This document shows, piece by piece, positions 10,545 to 19,341 of a DNA stretch of 64,000 nucleotides. Numbering within the stretch: position 1 is the stretch's first letter; the number at the start of each line of letters is the position of its first letter. The position numbers were made by a program, and so were the translations under genes. The stretch is from Candidatus Delongbacteria bacterium (GTDB lineage Bacteria > CAIWAD01), in NCBI GenBank assembly GCA_963663545.1, contig OY760505.1, positions 576,001 to 640,000 on the forward strand, written 5' to 3'. The notes under the pieces were generated by a model. The model was not told the origin of the DNA. It did not search any database and saw only the letters and a list, made by a program, of their open reading frames with translations.

Positions 10545-13270
10545 TCACGCTCCCCGCTTGCTGGCACGGGTTCAAGATCCAGCTCGCGGCGCAAGAAAAC
10601 GCGCTCCAGCTCGAGGGCCGGATCCTCCGGCATGCGCAGAACCAGATCGCGGGCCAATTCTGGCCAACGGGCGGCGTAGAGCGAAAGCAACTCGCGACGC
10701 AGCACACGATTCTCCTCCTGAGCTGTGACCTCATTCAGAACTTCGCGACTGCCAAGCAGGCTGTCGCGCTCAAGGCTCAGGCGCGTGGCTGTTCGCACGA
10801 TCAGGCTTGTATCACCCAAGGTACGCAGCAGTGTCAGGCGCGCGTGCGGGTCAGTTTCCACTTTACCCAGACCCCAGGCAGAGGCACGGCGGACATCGGC
10901 GTCCTCATCGGCCAGCGCTTCCACCAGGACATCAAGAGCCTCTTTGTCGCCGCCAGCGCGCACGGCGATGTTCTCCAGCACAGTGGCCCTCAGACCAGCA
11001 CGCGCCTGCACAAGGCTGTCCTCCAACAAGGACAAGAAGAGATCGCAGTCGCCCACTTCCTCTTCCAGGCTCAAAACCCAGAGCGCCATGCTGCGTGCGC
11101 CCGCGCTGGCGGTATCCAGCACAGAACTCAGGAAGGGCAAGGCATCAGCGCCCTGCTCCAGCAGTAGATCCTTGATGGCGTGGCGCTCCCAACTGCGGCG
11201 ACTGTCCAGGATGCGTTCGCGCACCATGAAATCCAGCAACTCGCTGCCACGGGCTTTCAACTGGCGCTTGGCAATGGTCTTCTCCAGCGCCCAGCGCGGC
11301 TCAAGTCGAATGGACCAGACGTACAGGTGATCCACTGTGTCCAGGCTGTCGAAGAGTTCGTCCAGCTCCGCGCCCATGTCCGCCAGGTTTGGATTCCAGC
11401 TGGATTCCTCCACCACCTGCGGCTCAGGATCGGCACCCAACTCGGCTCGCAGTTCATCGCTGAGGGCCAGGCCGAATCCGCGACGACTGAAGCGCCAAAG
11501 ACTGTCCGCCTGGCCAACGCCCAGATAGCCGTCAGGGCCGCCCGCCTCCAAGAAGAGGCCCAACGAACCGCTGTTGCGTCGGGGATTGCCGTAGCCGTGC
11601 ACATTGTCTTTGCGTGCAGCGTACACGTCCCAGCCGGAAAGATCAGTGAGCACGCCGGTGCCGTTGGCACTGCCCGCAGCCTGGCTCAGATCCCAACACA
11701 CATAATTGTCGTTGCCGCCATCGTCCGCCAACCAGCCCAGGCCCAGATCGTGACCGCAACCCTGACTGACTCCGCGTGATACATAAACATCGTCGCCGGC
11801 GCCGTCCAGTAGCAGGCCTGCGGCCAAGTGAATGCCCGCTCCCTGCGCGTACTGATAAGAGATGTAGCGGTCGTTGCCCTGCCGGTCCACCAGCGCTCCC
11901 AGGCTCCACCAGTAGGCGCTGCCCTGTCCGTAGATGTCGCTGGTGTACAAATCGCCGCCAGCCTCATCTACCAGCAGGCCGATGCCGCCCGAAAGATCGG
12001 GGCGCACGCCGATGGCGAAGCCCTGGCCGAGTGTCACATAATGATCTTCGTAGCGTATCACGTCCAGGTAGCGCGGCCGCAGCAGATAGACATCGTTGCC
12101 CTCGGCGTCGCGCAATAGGCCCATGCCGCCGATGTGGCCAAAGGCTTGCGCATTGGCGCACGCGGTGTAGCTGTCGTTGCCCTCACTGTCCACCAGCACG
12201 CCAACCCCCATGCTGCCAGCGCCCTGCACGAAGGTGTCTCCCTCGTAACGATCGTCGCCGACGTGATCCACCAGCATCGCCACGCCGCCCAGAGCAGCGC
12301 CCAGCGCGATATCATCGGCCACGTACTCGTCGTTGCCTTCAGCATCAAGAAGCAAACTGACGCCGCAGATGGTAGAGGCCAGGCCCGGACTTTCGCTGCA
12401 GCGGTAACTGTCGTTGCCAGCAAGATCCATGACGACGGCCAGCGAACCGCGTGAAACAGCCACAGCTCCTTCGTAGCGGTCGTCGCCGCCAATATCGATC
12501 ACGATCGGCGGCAGCGGGGCGGTCCATGTGTTGGGACCGGCGGCACCGATTGCAACCCACTCGTCGGCGTAATACACTTCGCCAAATCGTTCGTGCGTAG
12601 TGGTGCGACGCTCTTCCAGCGCGGCCAGTAGAAAGGGCAGATCGAGGTAAAGGTGATCCAGTCGCAGCAGCAGTGCGTGCAGAGATGCGGGGTCGGGCAC
12701 GGTGGTCTGCTGAATGCGTTCGACCTTCGCTTCCCATTCCTTGCGTCCGGCGCGTTCCAGGCTGTCGGCGGTGAAGACGTTGATTTCCTCCTGCTCCTCG
12801 TCCTCACGTAGCAGGCTGCGCAGATCCTCCTCGATGCGTGCGACGGTATCCGCCAGCATCAGTCGCGTGTTGGCCAGCTTCTGCAGCTCGTCGATCCAAC
12901 TGCGCCAGCGACGCGCGCCAATGCGTTCGCCCGTTTCGCGAAAAGCAACCGGAGGAAGATGACCGCTGCGGGTCAGTTCCAGATTGGCCCGCTCGTATAG
13001 TCGCGACAGCAGGCGGCATTCGCCAAGATCCAGCGCCAGACTGTCGGCCCAATGATCCAGGCGGCGTGCATCATGCAGAACATCGTCCACACAGGCCAAT
13101 CGCAGGCTGTCGTGGCCCTCGGGCAACAGATCGAAGGCAAGCGCCTGCTCACTCAAGTTTGCTGTCTCAAGGCCGAGGTTCAGCAGTTGATCCCGCTGGA
13201 CAACCGGCGAGACTTCTGCGGCATGGCAGAGGGCACCCAGGAAAAAGAGCGGCAGAATGTAGGAGGACAT
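10541..13270 (-). CDS. Secreted protein with DxxG[DN]DxY repeat solenoid and C-terminal HEAT-like repeats
   Basis: Signal peptide MSSYILPLFFLGALCHA; about 11 D-x-x-G-[DN]-D-x-Y repeats; LADEDADVRRASAWGLG and LGDTSLIVRTATRLSL. Confidence 0.8.
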   Translation of the reverse strand: MSSYILPLFFLGALCHAAEVSPVVQRDQLLNLGLETANLSEQALAFDLLPEGHDSLRLACVDDVLHDARRLDHWADSLALDLGECRLLSRLYERANLELTRSGHLPPVAFRETGERIGARRWRSWIDELQKLANTRLMLADTVARIEEDLRSLLREDEEQEEINVFTADSLERAGRKEWEAKVERIQQTTVPDPASLHALLLRLDHLYLDLPFLLAALEERRTTTHERFGEVYYADEWVAIGAAGPNTWTAPLPPIVIDIGGDDRYEGAVAVSRGSLAVVMDLAGNDSYRCSESPGLASTICGVSLLLDAEGNDEYVADDIALGAALGGVAMLVDHVGDDRYEGDTFVQGAGSMGVGVLVDSEGNDSYTACANAQAFGHIGGMGLLRDAEGNDVYLLRPRYLDVIRYEDHYVTLGQGFAIGVRPDLSGGIGLLVDEAGGDLYTSDIYGQGSAYWWSLGALVDRQGNDRYISYQYAQGAGIHLAAGLLLDGAGDDVYVSRGVSQGCGHDLGLGWLADDGGNDNYVCWDLSQAAGSANGTGVLTDLSGWDVYAARKDNVHGYGNPRRNSGSLGLFLEAGGPDGYLGVGQADSLWRFSRRGFGLALSDELRAELGADPEPQVVEESSWNPNLADMGAELDELFDSLDTVDHLYVWSIRLEPRWALEKTIAKRQLKARGSELLDFMVRERILDSRRSWERHAIKDLLLEQGADALPFLSSVLDTASAGARSMALWVLSLEEEVGDCDLFLSLLEDSLVQARAGLRATVLENIAVRAGGDKEALDVLVEALADEDADVRRASAWGLGKVETDPHARLTLLRTLGDTSLIVRTATRLSLERDSLLGSREVLNEVTAQEENRVLRRELLSLYAARWPELARDLVLRMPEDPALELERVFLRRELDLEPVPASGERE

Positions 13271-13413
13271 AAGGATCTCCCGAAGCATTGCGATTGTCCC
13301 GTGGGGATTTTCAGAATGAATTTCGTAGAAAAGGAAGAGACATTCAGCCTTGGACGGCCCAAGTCCTGTCTTTTGGTGTGCTTTTCTGGCATGCGCCTTG
13401 CCCCATTGCGATC

Positions 13414-13848
13414 ATGGAACGCCACTACTATCTGGAAATGATCTGGCCGCTGATGGAGCTTCACGCCGGTGAGCTGGAGCTGGCCGCGGCTCTCCTGCAG
13501 GAATGTCTGAGCGGCCTTTGCCGTCGGCATCACGGGGAGCTACTGACTTGCGCATTGAAGGGCGCGCAGCTGCGACTCGTGCTGCGCATGCCCGTGCACA
13601 TTGCGGTTTCGCGCTTCGTGTTGCTTCTGAAGATCAGCAGCGGTGCCGCCCTTGGACGCAGGTTGGGTCGGGGATTGCGCTGGCCAAAAGGCTATCAGCT
13701 GCGCTCGCTTTCGGCCGAAGATCTGCTGCTGGACTCTCCGCCGCCAACCGTCAGGCAGCAAAACCTGTTTGAGCCCACGATGCACCAGGGCCCCTTTTCT
13801 CATCCTCCGACCCCAAAGAGCCCCCTTGGAGTGCATGACAGGACTTGA
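13414..13848 (+). CDS. IS200/IS605 TnpA (Y1)-fold protein lacking catalytic residues
   Basis: Pattern LCRRHHGELL..AQLRLVLRMP..AVSRFVLLLKISS..LRWPKGYQLRS parallels TnpA (DHVHLL..P..VS..V..LKG.SS..W..GY); recognised by eye only. Confidence 0.55.
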   Translation: MERHYYLEMIWPLMELHAGELELAAALLQECLSGLCRRHHGELLTCALKGAQLRLVLRMPVHIAVSRFVLLLKISSGAALGRRLGRGLRWPKGYQLRSLSAEDLLLDSPPPTVRQQNLFEPTMHQGPFSHPPTPKSPLGVHDRT

Positions 13849-13873
13849 TTCTCTTCTATCCTAACCCTATACT
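13845..13873 (+). promoter_or_regulatory. Promoter for rpmB
   Basis: TTGATT, 17 bp, TATACT. Confidence 0.7.
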
Positions 13874-13938
13874 ATTTGGTTCTTGGAAAGATGCATGGAC
13901 CGCCGGTGAAGGCCGGCTTCGCCATAAAGGAGAATCTC

Positions 13939-14130
13939 ATGTCCCGCGTATGCCAGATCTGTGGTAAGGGCCCCGTGTCGGGCAACAACGTGTCCCACGC
14001 CAACAACCATAGCAAGCGTCGTTTTCTGCCGAACCTGCAGACGGTTCACGCCCGCGTAGACGGTGCCGAGAATCGCCAGAAAATGCGCGTCTGCACTAGC
14101 TGCATTCAGGCCGGCAAGGTCGTCAAGTAG
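13939..14130 (+). CDS. rpmB: 50S ribosomal protein L28
   Basis: [43 protein letters not shown]. Confidence 0.97.
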   Translation: MSRVCQICGKGPVSGNNVSHANNHSKRRFLPNLQTVHARVDGAENRQKMRVCTSCIQAGKVVK

Positions 14131-14214
14131 CTCGGACACGATACCAGCCAATTGCGCGCTGTCGGCTTTCGTCGGCAGCGCATTTCCTTTTTCCACCCCT
14201 TCTGCCCTCCCCAT

Positions 14215-14242
14215 AAGAAAAATGGGGCTCGCATTGAACCCC
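14215..14242 (-). terminator. Terminator downstream of the clp-like gene
   Basis: Minus strand GGGGTTC-aatgc-GAGCCCC then ATTTTTCTT. Confidence 0.6.
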
Positions 14243-14272
14243 GTATCACAGCTTCGAAATTGAACTCAGGTC

Positions 14273-16456
14273 TCAGGCCAGCACCTCAACCGCCACTTTG
14301 TCGGCCTGCAATCCAACGTGGATGCGCAGACTACGACCGTTGGCCGCGAGGATCTCCTCGTTGACGCGCTCGGCGACCAATTCCTCGAACTTGCGATCCA
14401 CGTTGCGCGCATTGCACTCTTCCTGCTGGCCCAGCATGGCAACACGTTCGGTGACCGCCTCGTCCACCTCAAGCTGATGGCCCAGGCGGCTTACCTTGTC
14501 ACGGAAATTCGGCACGATGCGCTCCTTCAGAATGCGCAACAGGCTATCCTCGCCCAAGGTCTGGAAGACAACCAGCTTGTCTACGGCGCGCAGCATTTCA
14601 GCCGAGAAATAGTGACGCAAATCCTTCTCACTCAGGCGTGAGGCATCACTGCGATCGCCGAAGCCAATGGTAGCGCGGTGCTGGTCCATGCCCAGCAGAT
14701 CAGAAAGCAGGATCACCGTGGTCTCGGCAATGGAAATGCGCTGTCCCAACGCGTCGCGCAGGTAGCCGTCCTCGAAGGATTGCAGCAGATAGCCCAGCAC
14801 CTCGCCGGCGGCGAATTCCAGATTCTTCACCAGCAGCACTCGGCGCACATTTTCGCGGAAATGATCGACGACCGGACGCACGCGGTAGCCCTCGGTCTGA
14901 GTGATGCTGCCGATCAGGCGCGAAAGGCTTTCGGCCTCCTGAAACTCCGCCATATCGATAACGAAGGGATCGCTGCCGTAGACCAGACGCGAGAGCTCCG
15001 CGGCGAAGAGCTGTTTGCCTACTCCCGCCGGACCCGCCAGCAGAAAGACTCCGTCGGGGCGCTCGGGGTTGAGATCCAGATCGCTCTTCATCAAGCGGAT
15101 GGTGCGGCAGACTTCAGTGACGGCCGCGTCCTGGCCGATGATGCGCGAACGCAGGTCCTCCTCCAGGCGATCCAGACGCAAGGTGGGATGCAGGAACTCG
15201 CCCTCGCTTCGACCCGTGATACGCTGTAGCGCCGTGCAGAGCGCGCTCTCCCACTTGCCCTCGCCTTCGTCCAGCGCCAGAATGGATAGAGTCACATCCA
15301 ACAGAATGAGCGCCTTTTTCGGGAAGGTGATGCTCTTGATGTGCTCATCGGCCATGGTCACCAGCTCTTCGACCTGCTGCTGGCTGACCTCAATGGCGTA
15401 CTGCTCTTCGAAGCGGTCCTTGACCTCCAGCAGAATCTGGGTCACTTCCTTGCGGCTCAAAGGCGTGACGTAAAGCGGGGAAAGCACTTCCTCGAAATTC
15501 GGGTTGCTCTTGAAGACGCCGTTGTAGAACTCCAGATCCGTCAGCAGTACGAAGTGCAGGCTTTTCAGGTGCAGCATACGAAAGAGGTGGTTGACAAAAT
15601 CCATTACCAGTGCGTTATCCTGGCTGAACATACGCGAAGGCGCGTCCAGCACCAGCACGAACTCGGTGTGCTCCTCGAGGAAAAGCTGCAGGGCCTCAAA
15701 GCGGGCACGCAGTTCGCCACGCCCCTCGACGCCCTTCAGGAAGAGCTCGATGGGCATTTCGAAGAAGCGCTTGCCGCGGAAGATGGCGGGTACCTGGCCA
15801 GCCGCGGTATCCTCCACCAGTCGGCGCAGTACCGAAGTCTTGCCGGAGCCGGGAGGGCCGTACAGCAGCAGATTCTGGCGATATCGGCGAATGAGCACTT
15901 CCATCATGGCGCGCTTGTACTCGGCGTAGGGCAGCAGGCCGTGCATGGGCTGGCTGCCGTAGCGCAGGTTGAGGTCGTTCTCTTCGCTGAACATGGCGTC
16001 CAGGAAGTCCTCCTCCTGCGGCTGCTTTTCGGGCGCTAGACCCAGACGCTCCAGCGGAACAGGATACAGTGCGGACCAATTGCCCAGCATCACCTGCAGC
16101 AGCAACACAGTGTCCAACTCTTCCTCGCCGCGCTCGCGGGTCCAAGCCGCCAGCAGCTGGCCCAGCACAGGATCGGCGGGCAGCGCGACCCCCTCCACGG
16201 GAGTCAACTTGCGCTCTTCGGCGCTCAGTTTGTCGCGTTCCTGGGCAATGGCACGGGCGCTATCAGTGAAGTGCTCCACCAGCGCCTGGTGATGATTGTC
16301 GTTGTGCAGCATTCCTTCCAGCAGCTCGCGGGCGTCGCCGGGATCAGCCAGCAGCGCCAGCATCAGCTCCGGAAGTCCGAAGCAGTCGCGCTTGGCTTCT
16401 GCCGCGAGGGCGGCGGCCGCGTTCAGCAGCTTGTTCAGATCTGCGGTAAGCTTCAT
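14273..16456 (-). CDS. ClpA/ClpC-like double AAA+ protein with degenerate catalytic motifs
   Basis: Clp N-domain-like start, GPPGSGKT, FPKKALILLD, RIIGQDAAV, PERPDGVFLLAGPAGVGK, IDMAEFQE, GYLRDALG, TIGF loop. Confidence 0.9.
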   Translation of the reverse strand: MKLTADLNKLLNAAAALAAEAKRDCFGLPELMLALLADPGDARELLEGMLHNDNHHQALVEHFTDSARAIAQERDKLSAEERKLTPVEGVALPADPVLGQLLAAWTRERGEEELDTVLLLQVMLGNWSALYPVPLERLGLAPEKQPQEEDFLDAMFSEENDLNLRYGSQPMHGLLPYAEYKRAMMEVLIRRYRQNLLLYGPPGSGKTSVLRRLVEDTAAGQVPAIFRGKRFFEMPIELFLKGVEGRGELRARFEALQLFLEEHTEFVLVLDAPSRMFSQDNALVMDFVNHLFRMLHLKSLHFVLLTDLEFYNGVFKSNPNFEEVLSPLYVTPLSRKEVTQILLEVKDRFEEQYAIEVSQQQVEELVTMADEHIKSITFPKKALILLDVTLSILALDEGEGKWESALCTALQRITGRSEGEFLHPTLRLDRLEEDLRSRIIGQDAAVTEVCRTIRLMKSDLDLNPERPDGVFLLAGPAGVGKQLFAAELSRLVYGSDPFVIDMAEFQEAESLSRLIGSITQTEGYRVRPVVDHFRENVRRVLLVKNLEFAAGEVLGYLLQSFEDGYLRDALGQRISIAETTVILLSDLLGMDQHRATIGFGDRSDASRLSEKDLRHYFSAEMLRAVDKLVVFQTLGEDSLLRILKERIVPNFRDKVSRLGHQLEVDEAVTERVAMLGQQEECNARNVDRKFEELVAERVNEEILAANGRSLRIHVGLQADKVAVEVLA

Positions 16457-16587
16457 GTATCCTCCTCATGTTGCCTTCAATGTACAAAGCACCGCGCGGC
16501 AAAGGCAGACGGAAAGCGGGTTTGGGCCTTTGCGGGCAATTCGCCACAATGACACGCTTCGCGTAGAAAAACAGGATCGTCCCCTTG

Positions 16588-19341
16588 ATGGAACACCCCT
16601 ACCTCGACTTTCTGGACCTGGTGGAAAAGCCGGTCCGTTACCTGGGCGGTGAGCCCGGCGCCCATCGGCGCGATTGGGAGAACGCGGCTTTCTGCTGCCG
16701 CTTCGTGCTTTGCTTTCCCGACGTCTATGATATCGGCATGAGTCACCTGGGAAGTCGCATTCTCTACAAGGCAATCAACCAATGCGACGATTTGCTGATG
16801 GAACGCGCCTTCTGTCCCTGGTTGGACATGGAGGCACAATTGCGCCAGCGGCAGCTGCCTCTGGTTTCCCTGGAATCGGCACATCGGCTGGCTGACTTTG
16901 ATGTGGTGGGCTTCTCGTTGCAATACGAGATGACCTACACCAATGTGCTCACCATGCTCGAGCTAGGTGGAATTCCGCTGCGGACGGCGGATCGCGGCGA
17001 CCAGGATCCGCTGGTGTTGGGCGGCGGCCCCTGCGCCACCCATCCGGAAGCCGTGGCCGATTTCTTTGACGCCTTCCTGATTGGCGATGGCGAGGAAGCC
17101 TTGCCCGCACTGCTCAGGCTTGTTGGCGAACTGCGGCGAGAGGGCCTGCCGCGACGTGAAATTCTGATTCGGCTGGCGATGCGACCGGGCGTCTACGCGC
17201 CTTCACTTTACAAGCGAGAAGTGGACGCTCAAAGCGGTTTTGAAGTTGTAACACAGCCCTTGGACGAACGTGTGCCCGAGCGTGTGACACGTCAGTACGT
17301 AGCTGACCTGAATGATCATCCCTTTCCAGTGGATGGACCGCTGGCGCTGACCGAATCGGTTTTCGACCGTATGTCGGTGGAGTTGGCGCGCGGCTGCACA
17401 GAAGGCTGCCGCTTCTGCCAGGCGGGAATCATCTATCGCCCCGTGCGCGAGCGTGATCCACAGAATGTACTGGAGACGGTGAAGGCGGCGGTATCACAGG
17501 CTGGCTATGATGCGGCCTCGCTGACTTCGCTCTCCCCTGCCGACTACAGTTGTATCACGCCGCTGATCATACATCTGATGGATCACCTGCGCGATCAGAA
17601 AGTCAGCCTGGGCATTTCCAGTCTGCGCGCCTACGGTCTACCGGAGCGTTTGCTGGACGAGATCGCCAGCGTCAAAGCGACGGGCTTGACCTTTGCACCG
17701 GAAGCGGGCAGCCAGCGCATGCGCGATGTAATCAACAAGAACATCTCGGAAGAGGATGTGCTGGAGACCTGCCGGCAGGTCTTTCGCCGCGGCTGGCAGC
17801 GCGTGAAATTCTACTTCATTCTGGGACTGCCCGGTGAGACGGACGAAGATGTCGTCGCAATATCCACTCTGGCGCGTCGCGCACTGGGTGTAGGACGCGA
17901 TGTAGCACGCGCTCCCGTTGTCACGGTCAGTGTTTCCAGTCACGTACCCAAACCCCACACGCCCTTTCAGTGGTGCGGCATGCTGGACGCAGCCACGATT
18001 GAGCAGCGCCAGGATACTCTGCGTGGATTGCTTGACGAGCGCGGCCTGCGTTTCCGTTGCCACGACCATCGGCTATCACGGCTGGAAGCCATTGTGGGCC
18101 GTGCCGACCGGCGCGCGGGCAGCCTGATTGAAGCCGCCTGGCGCATGGGCGCACGCTTCGACGCCTGGGATGATCAATTGCGTCACGACATCTGGGATGA
18201 GGCGCTGCAGAAGTGGCAGGCCGATGAGAATCTGCACGTCGAGCTCATGCTGGATTCGCTATCCTTGGAAGCGCGTCTCCCCTGGGATCACATAGACACC
18301 GGTGTATCACGCAACTTCCTGATTGCGGAGTATGAACGAGCCCGGCAAGCGGCCACCACAGCGCCGTGCGGAAAGCCTGCGGGCATGCTGCAACATCCCG
18401 CATCTCCTGAGGAATGGGCTGAGGCGGGACGACTGGTGTGTCACCATTGCGGCCTGGCTTGCAACATGTCGCAAATGAGCCGTCAGCGAAAACAGTGGCA
18501 GGAAGCTGTGTCACACAACCTGCCCGCGGCACGCGATCTTGCCCGACCGGCAACAGTGCAGCAGCTCAGAGGCCGTCCGGCACACGACTTCCATCAGGGG
18601 ATACCCGTGAAACTGCGCCTGCGTCACAACAAGCTGGATCGGGCACGTCTGCTCAGTCAGTTGGATCTGGCGCGGCTGCTACCACAGCTGATGCGACGCA
18701 GCGCCTTGCCTGTGTATTACAGCGAGGGATTCTCTCCGCACCCGGTGATGTCTTTTGGTCCGGCGCTGAATCAAGGCGCAGCCTCGCTTGCCGAATACCT
18801 CGAGATCAGTCTGGTGGGCCCGCAGGAGGCGCTTCCGTCGGCGTCTAACATTGTATCACGGCTGAATGAATCCATTCCACTTGGCATCGAATTTACCGAC
18901 GGACGATTTTTCGTTGAGCGCGAGAAGGGGCTGTCGAAGGAACTTTTCGCCGCCGACTGGCTAGTGCAGATCAAATCAGAGTTAGCCTTTGATCAGCTGG
19001 CGCAGCGGCTGGCGCATCTCCTTAACACAAAGCACATACCTGTTCGCGTTCTTCGCAAGAATCGGGAACGTGAACTGAATCTGGCGGAGCTGTTGCTTCA
19101 TGCAGAGCTGCTGCGCGCAGAAGCCGGACAGTGGCCGGGCGTTCCCGCAGGTCAGTGTGTGCTGGTGTATCGCATTCGAACGGGTGGCGCAAGCGTCAAG
19201 CCACAAGAAGTCCTGCATGCACTCTTGGATGTGGAACTTGCCGGTGCCGGTGATGTGTTACGCACCGCGCTCTGGCTGGGAACGGCAGCGGAAGATCTGC
19301 GCGACCCACTGGAGATACCCGATGATCCTGCGCTCGCTTAA
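16588..19341 (+). CDS. TIGR03960-type radical SAM protein fused to a TIGR03936/DUF2344-type domain
   Basis: VEKPVRYLGGE, FPDVYDIGMSHLG, RGCTEGCRFCQAG (CxxxCxxC), TFAPEAGSQRMRDVINK; C-terminal LSQLDL..YSEGFSPHP.MSFGPAL. Confidence 0.9.
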   Translation: MEHPYLDFLDLVEKPVRYLGGEPGAHRRDWENAAFCCRFVLCFPDVYDIGMSHLGSRILYKAINQCDDLLMERAFCPWLDMEAQLRQRQLPLVSLESAHRLADFDVVGFSLQYEMTYTNVLTMLELGGIPLRTADRGDQDPLVLGGGPCATHPEAVADFFDAFLIGDGEEALPALLRLVGELRREGLPRREILIRLAMRPGVYAPSLYKREVDAQSGFEVVTQPLDERVPERVTRQYVADLNDHPFPVDGPLALTESVFDRMSVELARGCTEGCRFCQAGIIYRPVRERDPQNVLETVKAAVSQAGYDAASLTSLSPADYSCITPLIIHLMDHLRDQKVSLGISSLRAYGLPERLLDEIASVKATGLTFAPEAGSQRMRDVINKNISEEDVLETCRQVFRRGWQRVKFYFILGLPGETDEDVVAISTLARRALGVGRDVARAPVVTVSVSSHVPKPHTPFQWCGMLDAATIEQRQDTLRGLLDERGLRFRCHDHRLSRLEAIVGRADRRAGSLIEAAWRMGARFDAWDDQLRHDIWDEALQKWQADENLHVELMLDSLSLEARLPWDHIDTGVSRNFLIAEYERARQAATTAPCGKPAGMLQHPASPEEWAEAGRLVCHHCGLACNMSQMSRQRKQWQEAVSHNLPAARDLARPATVQQLRGRPAHDFHQGIPVKLRLRHNKLDRARLLSQLDLARLLPQLMRRSALPVYYSEGFSPHPVMSFGPALNQGAASLAEYLEISLVGPQEALPSASNIVSRLNESIPLGIEFTDGRFFVEREKGLSKELFAADWLVQIKSELAFDQLAQRLAHLLNTKHIPVRVLRKNRERELNLAELLLHAELLRAEAGQWPGVPAGQCVLVYRIRTGGASVKPQEVLHALLDVELAGAGDVLRTALWLGTAAEDLRDPLEIPDDPALA

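Noticed and set aside
19100..19321. N-terminal extension of the kinase ORF
   Set aside because: Overlaps the radical SAM gene and is not kinase-like; the start is more likely at 19322 or slightly later.
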